A stretch of DNA of 26,018 nt from positions 1 to 26,018 of IMG/VR virus record IMGVR_UViG_3300033067_000187. One strand, written 5' to 3'. A program made the position numbers and the translations under genes. The stretch is from a virus (taxonomy: Duplodnaviria > Caudoviricetes). The notes below the pieces were generated by a model. It was not told the DNA's origin. It did not search any database and saw only the letters and a program-made list of their open reading frames with translations. Shown piece after piece: positions 1-8,022 of the stretch. Position 1 is the stretch's first letter. The number at the start of each line of letters is the position of its first letter.

Positions 1-2
1 TC

Positions 3-1901
3 AAGATCGCGTACTACGACCCCGTGGTGGCACGTCCTGTGGTGCGCTACGTCAGCGCCGAGGATGTGATCCTGCCCTACGACTCGACGGCGCTGGAGTT
101 CTCGCAGCGTGTGACGCGAAGGCTCAAGTACGCAGAGCCGTTCTTCGATGCCTTGGTGGACAAGGGGTTCTATTACCTGCCCGAGAATCTTGAGGAGCAG
201 ACCCCGGCAATCGACTCGACCGATCCCATCAAGCAGGAGAAGGACAAGCTCGCAGGCACGCAGGAAGTCAGTCAGGAGTTGCACACTCTTTACGAGACGC
301 AAGTGCCCTACGAGTTCAAGAACCTCGACAGCACAGAAGCTGAGGGCGAAGAATCCCCTGAAGAAAAGCCTTACATCGTCACTTTCTCGGTGACGCACAA
401 CCGCATCGTTGGCGTGCGGCGTAACTGGGAGCAGGGCGATACGACGTTCACTCCCAAGGAACACCTGATCAAGTATCTGTACATCCCCGGTTTCGGGCCT
501 TACGGATTCGGGCTGCTGCACCTGATCGGCGGTTCCGCCGAGACAATCACTTCCACGCTGCGCCAGTTGATCGATGCGGGCACGCTGTCGAACCTGCCTG
601 CCGGGTTCCGCGATTCGAACCTGCGCATCACGAACGATTCGGATGCAATCAAGCCGGGAGAGTGGCGCGACATTGACGTAGGTGCAGGGCAGACGCTCTC
701 GCAGAGCTTCTTCGCACTTCCTTACAAGGAACCGAGCGGCACGCTGGCGGCGCTGATGAAAGACCTGATCGCTGACACGCAGCGTTTGGCCGCGACCAGC
801 GATCTGAAGCTCTCCGACATGAGCGCGCAGGCTCCGGTAGGCACGACGCTGGCGCTGCTGGAGCGGATGTTGCGCTCGTTGACTGCCATTCAGGCGCGCA
901 CGCATGCTTCGCTAGGCCGCGAATTCAAACTGATCAAGCGGTTGGTCTCTACTTACATGTCGGAGCAGTACGAGTACGAGGTTCCGTACACGGGTAGCGA
1001 GCCGCCGACGCGCAAGGGTGACTACGCACTGGTTGACGTGATTCCGGTGAGTGACCCGAACGCTGCAACGATGAGCCAGCGGATCATCTTGTGGCAGGCT
1101 GTTCACATGCTGGCGCAGTCGGCGCCCGATCTTTACGACCAGCGAGAGCTTCATCGAAGCATGCTGTCCGTGTTCGGGGTCAAGAACATCGACAAGCTGC
1201 TGCCGCCGCCCAACGAGCCTCAGCCGACCGATCCGGTGTCGGAAAACTCCGCGTTGATGACCGGCAAGCCTGCGAAGGCGTTCATCATGCAGGATCACAT
1301 GGCGCACTTGCAGGTACACAAGGCGATGCTGCAAGACCCGTGGGTGGCTCAGACGCTCGGGCAGAACCCCAACGCGCAGGCTATTCAGGGCGCTGTAATG
1401 GCGCACATCATGGAGCACATGGCGTTCGCGTATCGGCAGCAGATGGAGCGCGCGATGGGTGTCGCGCTGCCGCCGCCTGATCAGCCGTTGCCGCCTGAAA
1501 TCGAAGCGCAACTCAGTCCGATGCTGGCAGAAGCCTCTCAGATGGTGTTGCAGCAGAACGAACAACGCGCCGCTGCGGAAGAAGCCAAGAAGACCGAGAA
1601 CGATCCGTTGAGCGTGATCCAACGCGAGGAGTTGGGGCTCAAGAAGCTCGACAGTGAGCGCAAGGCCAAGGACAGCGAACGTGACTTCATCATCGCGGCG
1701 GGCAGGTTGATGCTCGACCGACAGCGTGAAGCCAATGCTGCCAAGCAAGGTGCGTTCAAGATCGGGGCCGACATCGCCAAAGCCAAGATGAAGGAAGGCG
1801 AAGGGCGTAAGAAGCTCGCGCTCACGGCTGCGACGAGTGCCATGACCAATGCTTCGAAGCAAGGTCAGTCCAAACAGAAGTCTTCGAAGAAGGAGGAGTA
1901 G
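3..1901 (+). CDS. Portal protein, podovirus type (5'-truncated)
   Basis: The frame is open from base 3 (KIAYYDPVVARPV...), so the true start lies upstream. Motifs GFGPYGFGLLHLIGG, LRQLIDAGTLSNLP, PLPYKEPS-like and APVGTTLALLE, plus a long helical C-terminus, resemble portals of environmental podophages. It sits at the head of the head-gene cluster. Confidence 0.85.
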   Translation, partial: KIAYYDPVVARPVVRYVSAEDVILPYDSTALEFSQRVTRRLKYAEPFFDALVDKGFYYLPENLEEQTPAIDSTDPIKQEKDKLAGTQEVSQELHTLYETQVPYEFKNLDSTEAEGEESPEEKPYIVTFSVTHNRIVGVRRNWEQGDTTFTPKEHLIKYLYIPGFGPYGFGLLHLIGGSAETITSTLRQLIDAGTLSNLPAGFRDSNLRITNDSDAIKPGEWRDIDVGAGQTLSQSFFALPYKEPSGTLAALMKDLIADTQRLAATSDLKLSDMSAQAPVGTTLALLERMLRSLTAIQARTHASLGREFKLIKRLVSTYMSEQYEYEVPYTGSEPPTRKGDYALVDVIPVSDPNAATMSQRIILWQAVHMLAQSAPDLYDQRELHRSMLSVFGVKNIDKLLPPPNEPQPTDPVSENSALMTGKPAKAFIMQDHMAHLQVHKAMLQDPWVAQTLGQNPNAQAIQGAVMAHIMEHMAFAYRQQMERAMGVALPPPDQPLPPEIEAQLSPMLAEASQMVLQQNEQRAAAEEAKKTENDPLSVIQREELGLKKLDSERKAKDSERDFIIAAGRLMLDRQREANAAKQGAFKIGADIAKAKMKEGEGRKKLALTAATSAMTNASKQGQSKQKSSKKEE

Positions 1902-1903
1902 GC

Positions 1904-2413
1904 GTGTTTGAGGAAATTGTCAGGCGAATCATCGATACGGAGGGGGGCCTTACTTACGATCCTCAAGATCGGGGTAACTGGACGACTGGAGTCGTCGGAA
2001 AAGGCATCCTCAAGGGTACGAAGTACGGTATTTCGGCTGCTGCGTACCCTCAACTCGACATCGCGGCGCTCACTGTCGAGGATGCGGTCGATATTTACTA
2101 CAAGGACTACTGGTTGCTGGTCGAAGGGCCGCTTTTACCCGTAGAAATCGCTGAGTTGGTCTTCGATTCTGCTGTAAATAGCGGCGTTTTTCAGACGAAA
2201 AAGTGGCTTCAAGCGGCTCTAGGGGTCACTGTTGATGGTGTAATTGGGCCTAAGACGAAGGCTGCGATTGCGAAAGCTGACCCCGGAAGATTGGCCTCGC
2301 GTTTCGTCGGTTTTCGTCTTGAAGGGCTGCTTCGCAGTGAAACTTGGACGCGTTATTCGCGCAGTTGGACCCGGCGCATTGCGAAAGCGCTGCAAAATGT
2401 AAAGGAACCGTAG
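1904..2413 (+). CDS. Endolysin, glycoside hydrolase family 108 lysozyme with C-terminal peptidoglycan-binding region
   Basis: N-terminal EGG..DPQDRG...GTKYGIS catalytic motif, YYKDYW, FDSAVNSG, and LQAALGVTVDGVIGPKT wall-binding motif. GTG start follows an AGGAGGAG RBS. Confidence 0.9.
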   Translation: MFEEIVRRIIDTEGGLTYDPQDRGNWTTGVVGKGILKGTKYGISAAAYPQLDIAALTVEDAVDIYYKDYWLLVEGPLLPVEIAELVFDSAVNSGVFQTKKWLQAALGVTVDGVIGPKTKAAIAKADPGRLASRFVGFRLEGLLRSETWTRYSRSWTRRIAKALQNVKEP

Positions 2414-2595
2414 TGAAGGTTGACAGGGAAGAGATGAAAGAAGCTCTGCAAAAAGAGCTTTACAGAAACGAAGGGCTTGTTCTACGCGGAGCTTCTTCTT
2501 GGGAGTCGTATCAATCGTTGCTTGGAGAACGTCGCGGTCTTCTCAAAGCAATTGATCTTCTTGATGACTGCGCTGAAAAGGAAAGAAATCGCTAA
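2413..2595 (+). CDS. Small helical hypothetical protein (60 aa)
   Basis: The GTG overlaps the endolysin stop (TAGTG) and the stop overlaps the next ATG (TAATG). This start is preferred over the track's 2344. Confidence 0.7.
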   Translation: MKVDREEMKEALQKELYRNEGLVLRGASSWESYQSLLGERRGLLKAIDLLDDCAEKERNR

Positions 2596-2948
2596 TGGAC
2601 GTTCCAACTGTTAATCCCCGCAAGATGCCGCAGCCGGTCAGTTACAAGATTCTTTGTGCTGTTCCGAAGGCGAGCGATAGTTACGACTCTGGTATCGTCA
2701 AGTCGAGTACTACCGTTTCTCACGAAGAAATCGGCACTGTTGTTCTCTTTGTGATTGAACTCGGCCCCGACGCTTACGAAGATGCGAAAAAGTTCCCTTC
2801 CGGTCCCCTTTGTAAGAAGGGTGACTTCGTTCTTGTCCGCGCTTACTCCGGTACGCGCTTCAAGGTGGAAGGTCAAGAGTTCCGGATCATCAATGACGAC
2901 ATGGTGGAAGCCGTTGTGGATGATCCGCGTGGTTTCTCTCGCGTGTGA
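2595..2948 (+). CDS. groES: GroES/Cpn10-like co-chaperonin
   Basis: PQPVSYKIL, mobile-loop-like SGIVKS, VIELGPDAY, KKGDFVLVRAYSGTRFKVEGQEFRIINDDMVEAVV match the Cpn10 pattern (GD.V....Y.GT..K..G.E......DI.AVV). Confidence 0.88.
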   Translation: MDVPTVNPRKMPQPVSYKILCAVPKASDSYDSGIVKSSTTVSHEEIGTVVLFVIELGPDAYEDAKKFPSGPLCKKGDFVLVRAYSGTRFKVEGQEFRIINDDMVEAVVDDPRGFSRV

Positions 2949-2956
2949 GGTAAGAC

Positions 2957-3937
2957 ATGGCTGATTACAAAGGTGAAGAGTTTGAGTTCCCCGACGAGAA
3001 AAGTACTCCTGCCGAAGGCAAGGACGAACTTGACATTGAGGTTGTAGACGACACTCCCGAAGAAGATCGCGGGCGGGTGCCGCTGGGTGAAGAGCCCGAC
3101 GACATCGCTCCGGACGAGGACATTGCCAAGTACTCGGAGGAAGTGCAGAAGCGCATCAACAAGCTCAAGCGGTCGCAGCATGACGAGCGGCGGCAGCGCG
3201 AGGCGGCGCAGCGCGAGCGGGATGCTGCGGTGGACTACGCGCGGGCAGCACTGACGCAGCTTGAGCAGACCCGTAGGGAGCTTGTCGGTTCTCAGAAAGT
3301 TGCTGCGGAGTCTTCCAAGGAGGCGGCTGACAAGTCTCTGGCGCAGGCGAAGCGGGCTCTGGCTGAGGCGTACGAGTCGGGCGATTCTGAGAAGGTCGCA
3401 GACGCGCAGGAGGCGGTCTCTCTGGCTGTCTGGAAGCTTCAGACGGCGGCGCAGGCAGCACCTGTGCAGGCGCCTGCGGACGGGGCTGCGGGCGAAGGGG
3501 GTAGACAAACTGACGGGCGTGTTGTACAAATGCCCCCGACTACTCCAGCCAATTTCGACCCAAAGCTGGTCAAGTGGTGGAATCGAAACCCTTGGTTCCA
3601 GCGCGACCAGTCAATGACTCGGGTGGCTATAGGGTTGCATGAAGACCTCGTTCGGAAGGGCATTGACCCCGCTACCGACGCCTACTACACGGAGCTAGAC
3701 AAGCGTCTCCTCGCTGTCTTCCCCGATAGGTTCCCCGCTGATGATGGTGGTGGCTCGCCCACCGAACCTTCCAAGGGCAAACCTAGTTCAATCGTTGCGC
3801 CTGCTGCGCGCACGCCGAATTCCACTCCCAAGAAGATCGTCATTACAGCCTCGGAGCGCCGCATCGCGGAGCAGTTGGGCATCGATCTTCAAACTTACGC
3901 CAAAGAAAAGCGGCGCTTGGAGATTAACAATGGCTGA
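2957..3937 (+). CDS. Putative capsid scaffolding protein
   Basis: Acidic N-terminus, long coiled coil (YSEEVQKRINKL...), WWNRNPWF, and a C-terminal helix-turn-helix-like ITASERRIAEQLGIDLQTYAK. It lies between portal and capsid genes. Function is inferred. Confidence 0.65.
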   Translation: MADYKGEEFEFPDEKSTPAEGKDELDIEVVDDTPEEDRGRVPLGEEPDDIAPDEDIAKYSEEVQKRINKLKRSQHDERRQREAAQRERDAAVDYARAALTQLEQTRRELVGSQKVAAESSKEAADKSLAQAKRALAEAYESGDSEKVADAQEAVSLAVWKLQTAAQAAPVQAPADGAAGEGGRQTDGRVVQMPPTTPANFDPKLVKWWNRNPWFQRDQSMTRVAIGLHEDLVRKGIDPATDAYYTELDKRLLAVFPDRFPADDGGGSPTEPSKGKPSSIVAPAARTPNSTPKKIVITASERRIAEQLGIDLQTYAKEKRRLEINNG

Positions 3938-4394
3938 TCGTAACCCTCGCTCTACTGAAGAGCGCACTGCATCAACTCGTGAGCGTCTTGCACGCGAGTA
4001 CACCCCGCCAAGCTTGCTGCCGACGCCTGATCCGCAAGATGGTTACAAGTTTCGCTGGGTAGCTGTTTCGGTTGTCGGTATTGACGACCCTGCAAACGTT
4101 TCGAAGAAGTCGCGGGAAGGCTGGGAACCTGTCAAGGCAGAGGATCATCCTGAACTGGCGCTTGCTCCGAACAAGAAGGGTCTTGTTGAAATCGGCGGTC
4201 TTGTACTTTGCAAGATGCCCGAAGAGATGGTGATGGCGCGGGATGCTTACTACGATCAGCAGACGCGAAACCAACTTCAAGCGGTGAACACGCAGTACAA
4301 ACAGTCGGAAGGTCCAAAGATGCCCATCCTCGTCGAGAACGAAGAGTCCTTGACTGAGTTTGGTAAGCAAAAATTCGGTAGCGGAACTAAGTAA
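3930..4394 (+). CDS. Conserved head-module hypothetical protein
   Basis: ATG at 3930 follows a GGAG RBS and overlaps the upstream gene end (preferred over the track's 3741). Motifs YKFRWV, REGWEPV, IGGLVLCKMP. Confidence 0.75.
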   Translation: MADRNPRSTEERTASTRERLAREYTPPSLLPTPDPQDGYKFRWVAVSVVGIDDPANVSKKSREGWEPVKAEDHPELALAPNKKGLVEIGGLVLCKMPEEMVMARDAYYDQQTRNQLQAVNTQYKQSEGPKMPILVENEESLTEFGKQKFGSGTK

Positions 4395-4405
4395 CGGAGG
4401 AATTC

Positions 4406-5005
4406 ATGTCTTCGATTGCAAACCCGTATGGTCTCCGACCGATCAACATGATCGGCGGTCAGGCTAACAACGGTGGCGGAATGCGGGAGTACCGCATGTC
4501 TGCCAACTCTGCCACGGGGCTTTTCAGTGGCGATCTGATTCAAATCAGTGCTGGCGAACCTGTACCGCTTACTGCGACGCCTACTACTTCGACGGCGGGT
4601 GTCGTGGGTGTGTTTGCGGGGTGTACTTACGTTGACCCCGTACTGAAGTACGAAGTGCATTCGCAGTTTCTTCCTGCGAATGCTGTGAACTCGGGTTACA
4701 CGAATATCCGTGTTCGCGTTTACGAAGACCCTGACCAGCTTTACGTGGTTCAGGCGACTGGCGCTGTCACCAAGGCTTCGATTGGTAAGAACGCTCCTCT
4801 GGGTAACTTCAGCAACGGTTCGACGGTCACGGGCAACTCCAAGGTCAGCCTGACCCACGGCTCCATTGCTGTTACGGCGACGCTGGCTGTTCGCATTGTT
4901 GATCTTGTGGATGGCGGCGGTTCGACCCCCGGTGATGCGTACACGGATTGCATCGTCAAGCTGAACCACGGCGTGCATGCCTACTACAACTCTACCGGAC
5001 TGTAA
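4406..5005 (+). CDS. Putative capsid decoration/cement protein
   Basis: GGAGG RBS; beta-rich, G/T/A-rich protein immediately upstream of the major capsid gene. Function is inferred from position. Confidence 0.55.
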   Translation: MSSIANPYGLRPINMIGGQANNGGGMREYRMSANSATGLFSGDLIQISAGEPVPLTATPTTSTAGVVGVFAGCTYVDPVLKYEVHSQFLPANAVNSGYTNIRVRVYEDPDQLYVVQATGAVTKASIGKNAPLGNFSNGSTVTGNSKVSLTHGSIAVTATLAVRIVDLVDGGGSTPGDAYTDCIVKLNHGVHAYYNSTGL

Positions 5006-5015
5006 GGAGTAAGAA

Positions 5016-5927
5016 ATGGCAATCTCTCGTGCCCAAATGCTCAAGGAACTGCTTCCGGGCCTGAATGGTCTGTTCGGTCTTGAGTACTCGCGCTACGAGG
5101 CGCAACACACTGAGATTTACGAGACGGAATCTTCGAATCGTTCGTTCGAAGAAGAAACCAAGCTCGGCGGTTTCAGTGCGGCGCCTAACAAGACGGAAGG
5201 CTACGCAATCGCTTACGCGGAAGCGCAAGAAGCGTGGACTGCTCGCTACACCCACGAGACCATCGCGCTTGGTTTCGCCATCACCGAAGAGGCGATGGAA
5301 GACAACCTGTACGACACGGCTTCCCGGCGTTACACCAAGGCGCTTGCGCGGGCAATGTCGTACACCAAGCAAGTGAAGGCGGCTTCCGTTCTCAACAACG
5401 CTTTCTCTGGCTCGTTTGTCGGTGGCGACGGTGTTTCGCTGTGCAGCACTTCGCATCCGCTGCTCAACGGTGGCGTCAACTCCAACCGTCCTGCGGTTGG
5501 TGCGGACCTGAACGAAACCTCGCTGGAAGCTGCCATCATCCAGATGACGCAGTGGACGGATGAGAAGGGTCTGCTGATTGCTGCGCGCGGTCGTAAGCTG
5601 ATCATCCCGCCGCAACTGATGTTCGTTGCCAAGCGTCTGCTCGAAACTGAGAAGCGCGTGGGTACTTCGGACAACGACCTGAACGCGATCAAGTCGATGG
5701 GTGTTGTTCCCGGTGGTTACACCATCAACAACTTCCTCACCGACCCGAACGCGTGGTTCCTGATGACGGACGTTCCTAACGGGCTCAAGCACTTCACCCG
5801 TGTCGGGATGTCTACCAAGATGGAAGGTGACTTCGATACGGGCAACGTTCGTTACAAGGCGCGTGAGCGTTATTGTTTCGGCTACAGCGATCCGCTCGCT
5901 CTCTGGGGCTCGCCGGGTTCGTCGTAA
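5016..5927 (+). CDS. Major capsid protein
   Basis: AAGGAG RBS; MAISRAQMLKELLPGLN start, ARYTHETIALGFAITEEA.EDNLY, LIIPPQL, FLTDPNAWFL, DFDTGNVRYKARERY motifs. Strongly biased codons, followed by a terminator-like hairpin. Confidence 0.9.
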   Translation: MAISRAQMLKELLPGLNGLFGLEYSRYEAQHTEIYETESSNRSFEEETKLGGFSAAPNKTEGYAIAYAEAQEAWTARYTHETIALGFAITEEAMEDNLYDTASRRYTKALARAMSYTKQVKAASVLNNAFSGSFVGGDGVSLCSTSHPLLNGGVNSNRPAVGADLNETSLEAAIIQMTQWTDEKGLLIAARGRKLIIPPQLMFVAKRLLETEKRVGTSDNDLNAIKSMGVVPGGYTINNFLTDPNAWFLMTDVPNGLKHFTRVGMSTKMEGDFDTGNVRYKARERYCFGYSDPLALWGSPGSS

Positions 5928-5930
5928 TAC

Positions 5931-5955
5931 AGGGGGCTTCGGCCCCTTCTCCTTT
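5931..5955 (+). terminator. Intrinsic terminator-like hairpin with cUUCGg tetraloop and weak U tract
   Basis: AGGGGGC-TTCG-GCCCCTT forms a 7-bp stem (one G-U) and is followed by CTCCTTT, 3 nt after the capsid stop. The interrupted U tract suggests it is leaky. Confidence 0.7.
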
Positions 5956-5956
5956 A

Positions 5957-6022
5957 CCGGGCCTCACCGCCAGCGACAGTCCCGGCTGTTGCGCAAACGT
6001 TGGCGGCTTCAAGCGCAAGGAG
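5957..6022 (+). ncRNA. Candidate structured cis-regulatory RNA (pseudoknot/kissing-loop) in the 5' leader of the 6029 gene
   Basis: Three interleaved complementarities: CCGGG 5957-61/CCCGG 5981-85; CCGCCAGCG 5967-75/CGTTGGCGG 5998-6006; TTGCGC 5989-94/GCGCAA 6013-18. The last abuts the AGGAG RBS at 6018-22. Confidence 0.5.
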
Positions 6023-6028
6023 TAACAA

Positions 6029-6481
6029 ATGGCTTTCCAGACTTTTTCCGGCCCGATTCGTTGTGGCACCGCTAAAGAAGGTGCTGCGCGTAATACGGGC
6101 CTCGTCGTTTTGGCTCAGAGCGACACCGTTGCCGGTAGCGACACTACGAAGACCAGCAGCATCATCCTGCCTGCTTGGGCGCAAGCTGTTGAAGTGGATG
6201 TGGATGTCACGACTGGCTTCAACGGCACCACGCCAACTGTCTCTGTGGGCGTAGCTGGCGGTTCTGCTACGGCGATCATGGCAGCAGGCAACGTGGCTTC
6301 GGGCGGTCGAGTGGACACGCGGACGCTGCTCACGCTGGCTGGGCTTGTTGACGCTACCGGCGTTGAGCGCACCCTGACTTTCACGGTAGGCGGCACCGGC
6401 GTTACTACGGGCGCTGCTCGTGTGACGGTGCGCTACATCCAACGCGGCGACGGTGGCGTTTACGCTCCTGTCTCTGGCTAA
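6029..6481 (+). CDS. Hypothetical virion structural protein
   Basis: AGGAG RBS; MAFQTFSGPIR start; beta-rich, T/G/A/V-rich; ends TTGAARVTVRY. Confidence 0.7.
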   Translation: MAFQTFSGPIRCGTAKEGAARNTGLVVLAQSDTVAGSDTTKTSSIILPAWAQAVEVDVDVTTGFNGTTPTVSVGVAGGSATAIMAAGNVASGGRVDTRTLLTLAGLVDATGVERTLTFTVGGTGVTTGAARVTVRYIQRGDGGVYAPVSG

Positions 6482-6490
6482 GGGTGACTG

Positions 6491-6796
6491 ATGAAGCCCC
6501 GCTCTGTTTCTGTTACGGGCGTCGGCACGACCAACCCGCTATTGCTTAACCGCGATGGCGGGTCTTTCTCTGTCGGGTTTGTAGCGGAAGTTACTGGAAC
6601 CGTTACTTACACTGTTGAGCATACTTACGACGACATCATGGACTCCGCCGTTACTCCGGTGTGGTACACAAACGCGTCCGTGGGTTCTAGCTCGGCTACC
6701 AAGGAGGGGGCGTACACGACTCCTGTCGTTGCACTCCGTGTCAATGCTTCTGCTGGCACGGGTACTGTAAAACTAACCGTTGTGGAGGTTGTGTAA
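6491..6796 (+). CDS. Hypothetical virion structural protein
   Basis: Beta-rich 101 aa (VTGTVTYTVEHTYDD...PVVALRVN...GTVKLTV), in the operon direction. Confidence 0.7.
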   Translation: MKPRSVSVTGVGTTNPLLLNRDGGSFSVGFVAEVTGTVTYTVEHTYDDIMDSAVTPVWYTNASVGSSSATKEGAYTTPVVALRVNASAGTGTVKLTVVEVV

Positions 6797-6936
6797 TGGC
6801 TACTGGAAAAATGCCCCCGTTCATGAAGGGTAAGCCTGCGATGCCGCCTGCCAAAGGCAAGGCCGCAAAGTCAGGCAAGGCTGCGCCTGCTATGCCGTTC
6901 AAGAAGGGCGGCAAGGTAGGTAAGCGGGGCTGCTAA
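6796..6936 (+). CDS. Small basic Lys/Pro/Met-rich protein, 46 aa (not in the ORF track)
   Basis: MATGKMPPFMKGKPAMPPAKGKAAKSGKAAPAMPFKKGGKVGKRGC. TAATG overlaps at both ends, GGAGG RBS upstream, and it fills the gap exactly. Confidence 0.8.
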   Translation: MATGKMPPFMKGKPAMPPAKGKAAKSGKAAPAMPFKKGGKVGKRGC

Positions 6937-7616
6937 TGGCTACTTCCGGCACCGCGCTGTTCAACATCAACTTCCTAGAGATAGCTGAGGAGGCGTTTGA
7001 GCGTTGCGGGCGGGAGATGAGAACAGGCTACGACTTGCGTACTGCTCGTCGTAGCCTGAACCTTCTTACGCTTGAGTGGGGCAACAAGGGGATTAATTTC
7101 TGGACGATGGAGGATAAAAGCGTGACGCTTGTAAAAGGTCAAGCTTCGTACGACATCGACAGGGACACCATCGACGTTCTAGAGGCGGTGGTGCGTGACA
7201 ACGCTAACGACCCTTCCAAGCAGACGGATTTCAGCCTGACCCGCAAATCGATGGCTGATTACACGACGATTTCTTCGAAGCTGTTGGAAGGGCGTCCTTC
7301 GCAGTACGTGGTCGAGCGTCTTAGAGACGGTACTAGGCTCACGCTGTGGCCTGTGCCTGCTGCGGATGGGCAGAAGTTGATCTACTGGCGCTTACGGCGC
7401 ATTCAAGACATGACTGCGGGTACTGAATATGCGGACGTGCCGTTTCGCTTTCTACCTGCGCTTACAGCGGGGCTTGCTTACTACATCGGCTTGAAGACCA
7501 AGGACGCTGACAAGATAGCGCTTGAGGCTGAGTACGTGAAGCAGTGGCAGCTAGCGAAGAGCGCTGATCGGGATCGTTCAAGCTTCTTTGCGATCCCTTC
7601 CGTCAGGAGAGCGTGA
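6936..7616 (+). CDS. Head-tail adaptor / tail tubular protein A-like
   Basis: MATSGT..F...EIAEEAFERCG, YDLRTARRSLNLL..EW.N.G.N.WT, GRPSQY, LWPVP, DVPFRFLP..AGLAYY. Typical podophage adaptor architecture and position. Confidence 0.7.
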   Translation: MATSGTALFNINFLEIAEEAFERCGREMRTGYDLRTARRSLNLLTLEWGNKGINFWTMEDKSVTLVKGQASYDIDRDTIDVLEAVVRDNANDPSKQTDFSLTRKSMADYTTISSKLLEGRPSQYVVERLRDGTRLTLWPVPAADGQKLIYWRLRRIQDMTAGTEYADVPFRFLPALTAGLAYYIGLKTKDADKIALEAEYVKQWQLAKSADRDRSSFFAIPSVRRA

Positions 7617-7861
7617 TGGGGCAGTTTGCGCGGGGGTCTCGGGCGCTTGGAATTTGCGACCGCTGCGGGTTTCAGTTCTTGCTCTCGTCTCTGCGAGGGG
7701 AGGTTGTAAAAGGTTCGCCAGTAGGCAACAAGGTTTGCCGTGATTGCTACGACCCTGATCATCCGCAGAACTTCATTGATCAAGTAAAGACCGACGACAA
7801 CAAGCCCTTGCGCGATCCGCGCCCAGATACGGGGCTTGAGGAATCGAGGAAGTTGTCATGA
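7616..7861 (+). CDS. Small zinc-finger-like protein
   Basis: CDRC...CRDC cysteine pairs, HPQ and PRPD motifs. The ATG overlaps the upstream TGA (alternative GTG at 7613). Confidence 0.75.
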   Translation: MGQFARGSRALGICDRCGFQFLLSSLRGEVVKGSPVGNKVCRDCYDPDHPQNFIDQVKTDDNKPLRDPRPDTGLEESRKLS

Positions 7862-8022
7862 AAATTCCGTCCCCAAAGAGCATGCTCAAGGCACCCGCGC
7901 TGCCTAAGCCCGCTTCTGTGATGAAGGCGCCCAAGCCGCTAAAGCCTGTAAAGGCGACTAAGCCCGCAAAGCTTGCGACTGTGAACAAGAACATCGGAAG
8001 CAACTGGTCGAAGATCAAATGA
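7858..8022 (+). CDS. Small basic Lys/Pro-rich protein, 54 aa (not in the ORF track)
   Basis: MKIPSPKSMLKAPALPKPASVMKAPKPLKPVKATKPAKLATVNKNIGSNWSKIK. ATGA overlaps at both ends. Confidence 0.75.
   Translation: MKIPSPKSMLKAPALPKPASVMKAPKPLKPVKATKPAKLATVNKNIGSNWSKIK

Noticed and set aside
5957-6022. Assignment of the intergenic structure to an HDV-like ribozyme, ZTP riboswitch or tRNA
   Set aside because: Helix order and conserved nucleotides do not match those families as far as can be judged by eye, so it was left unassigned.
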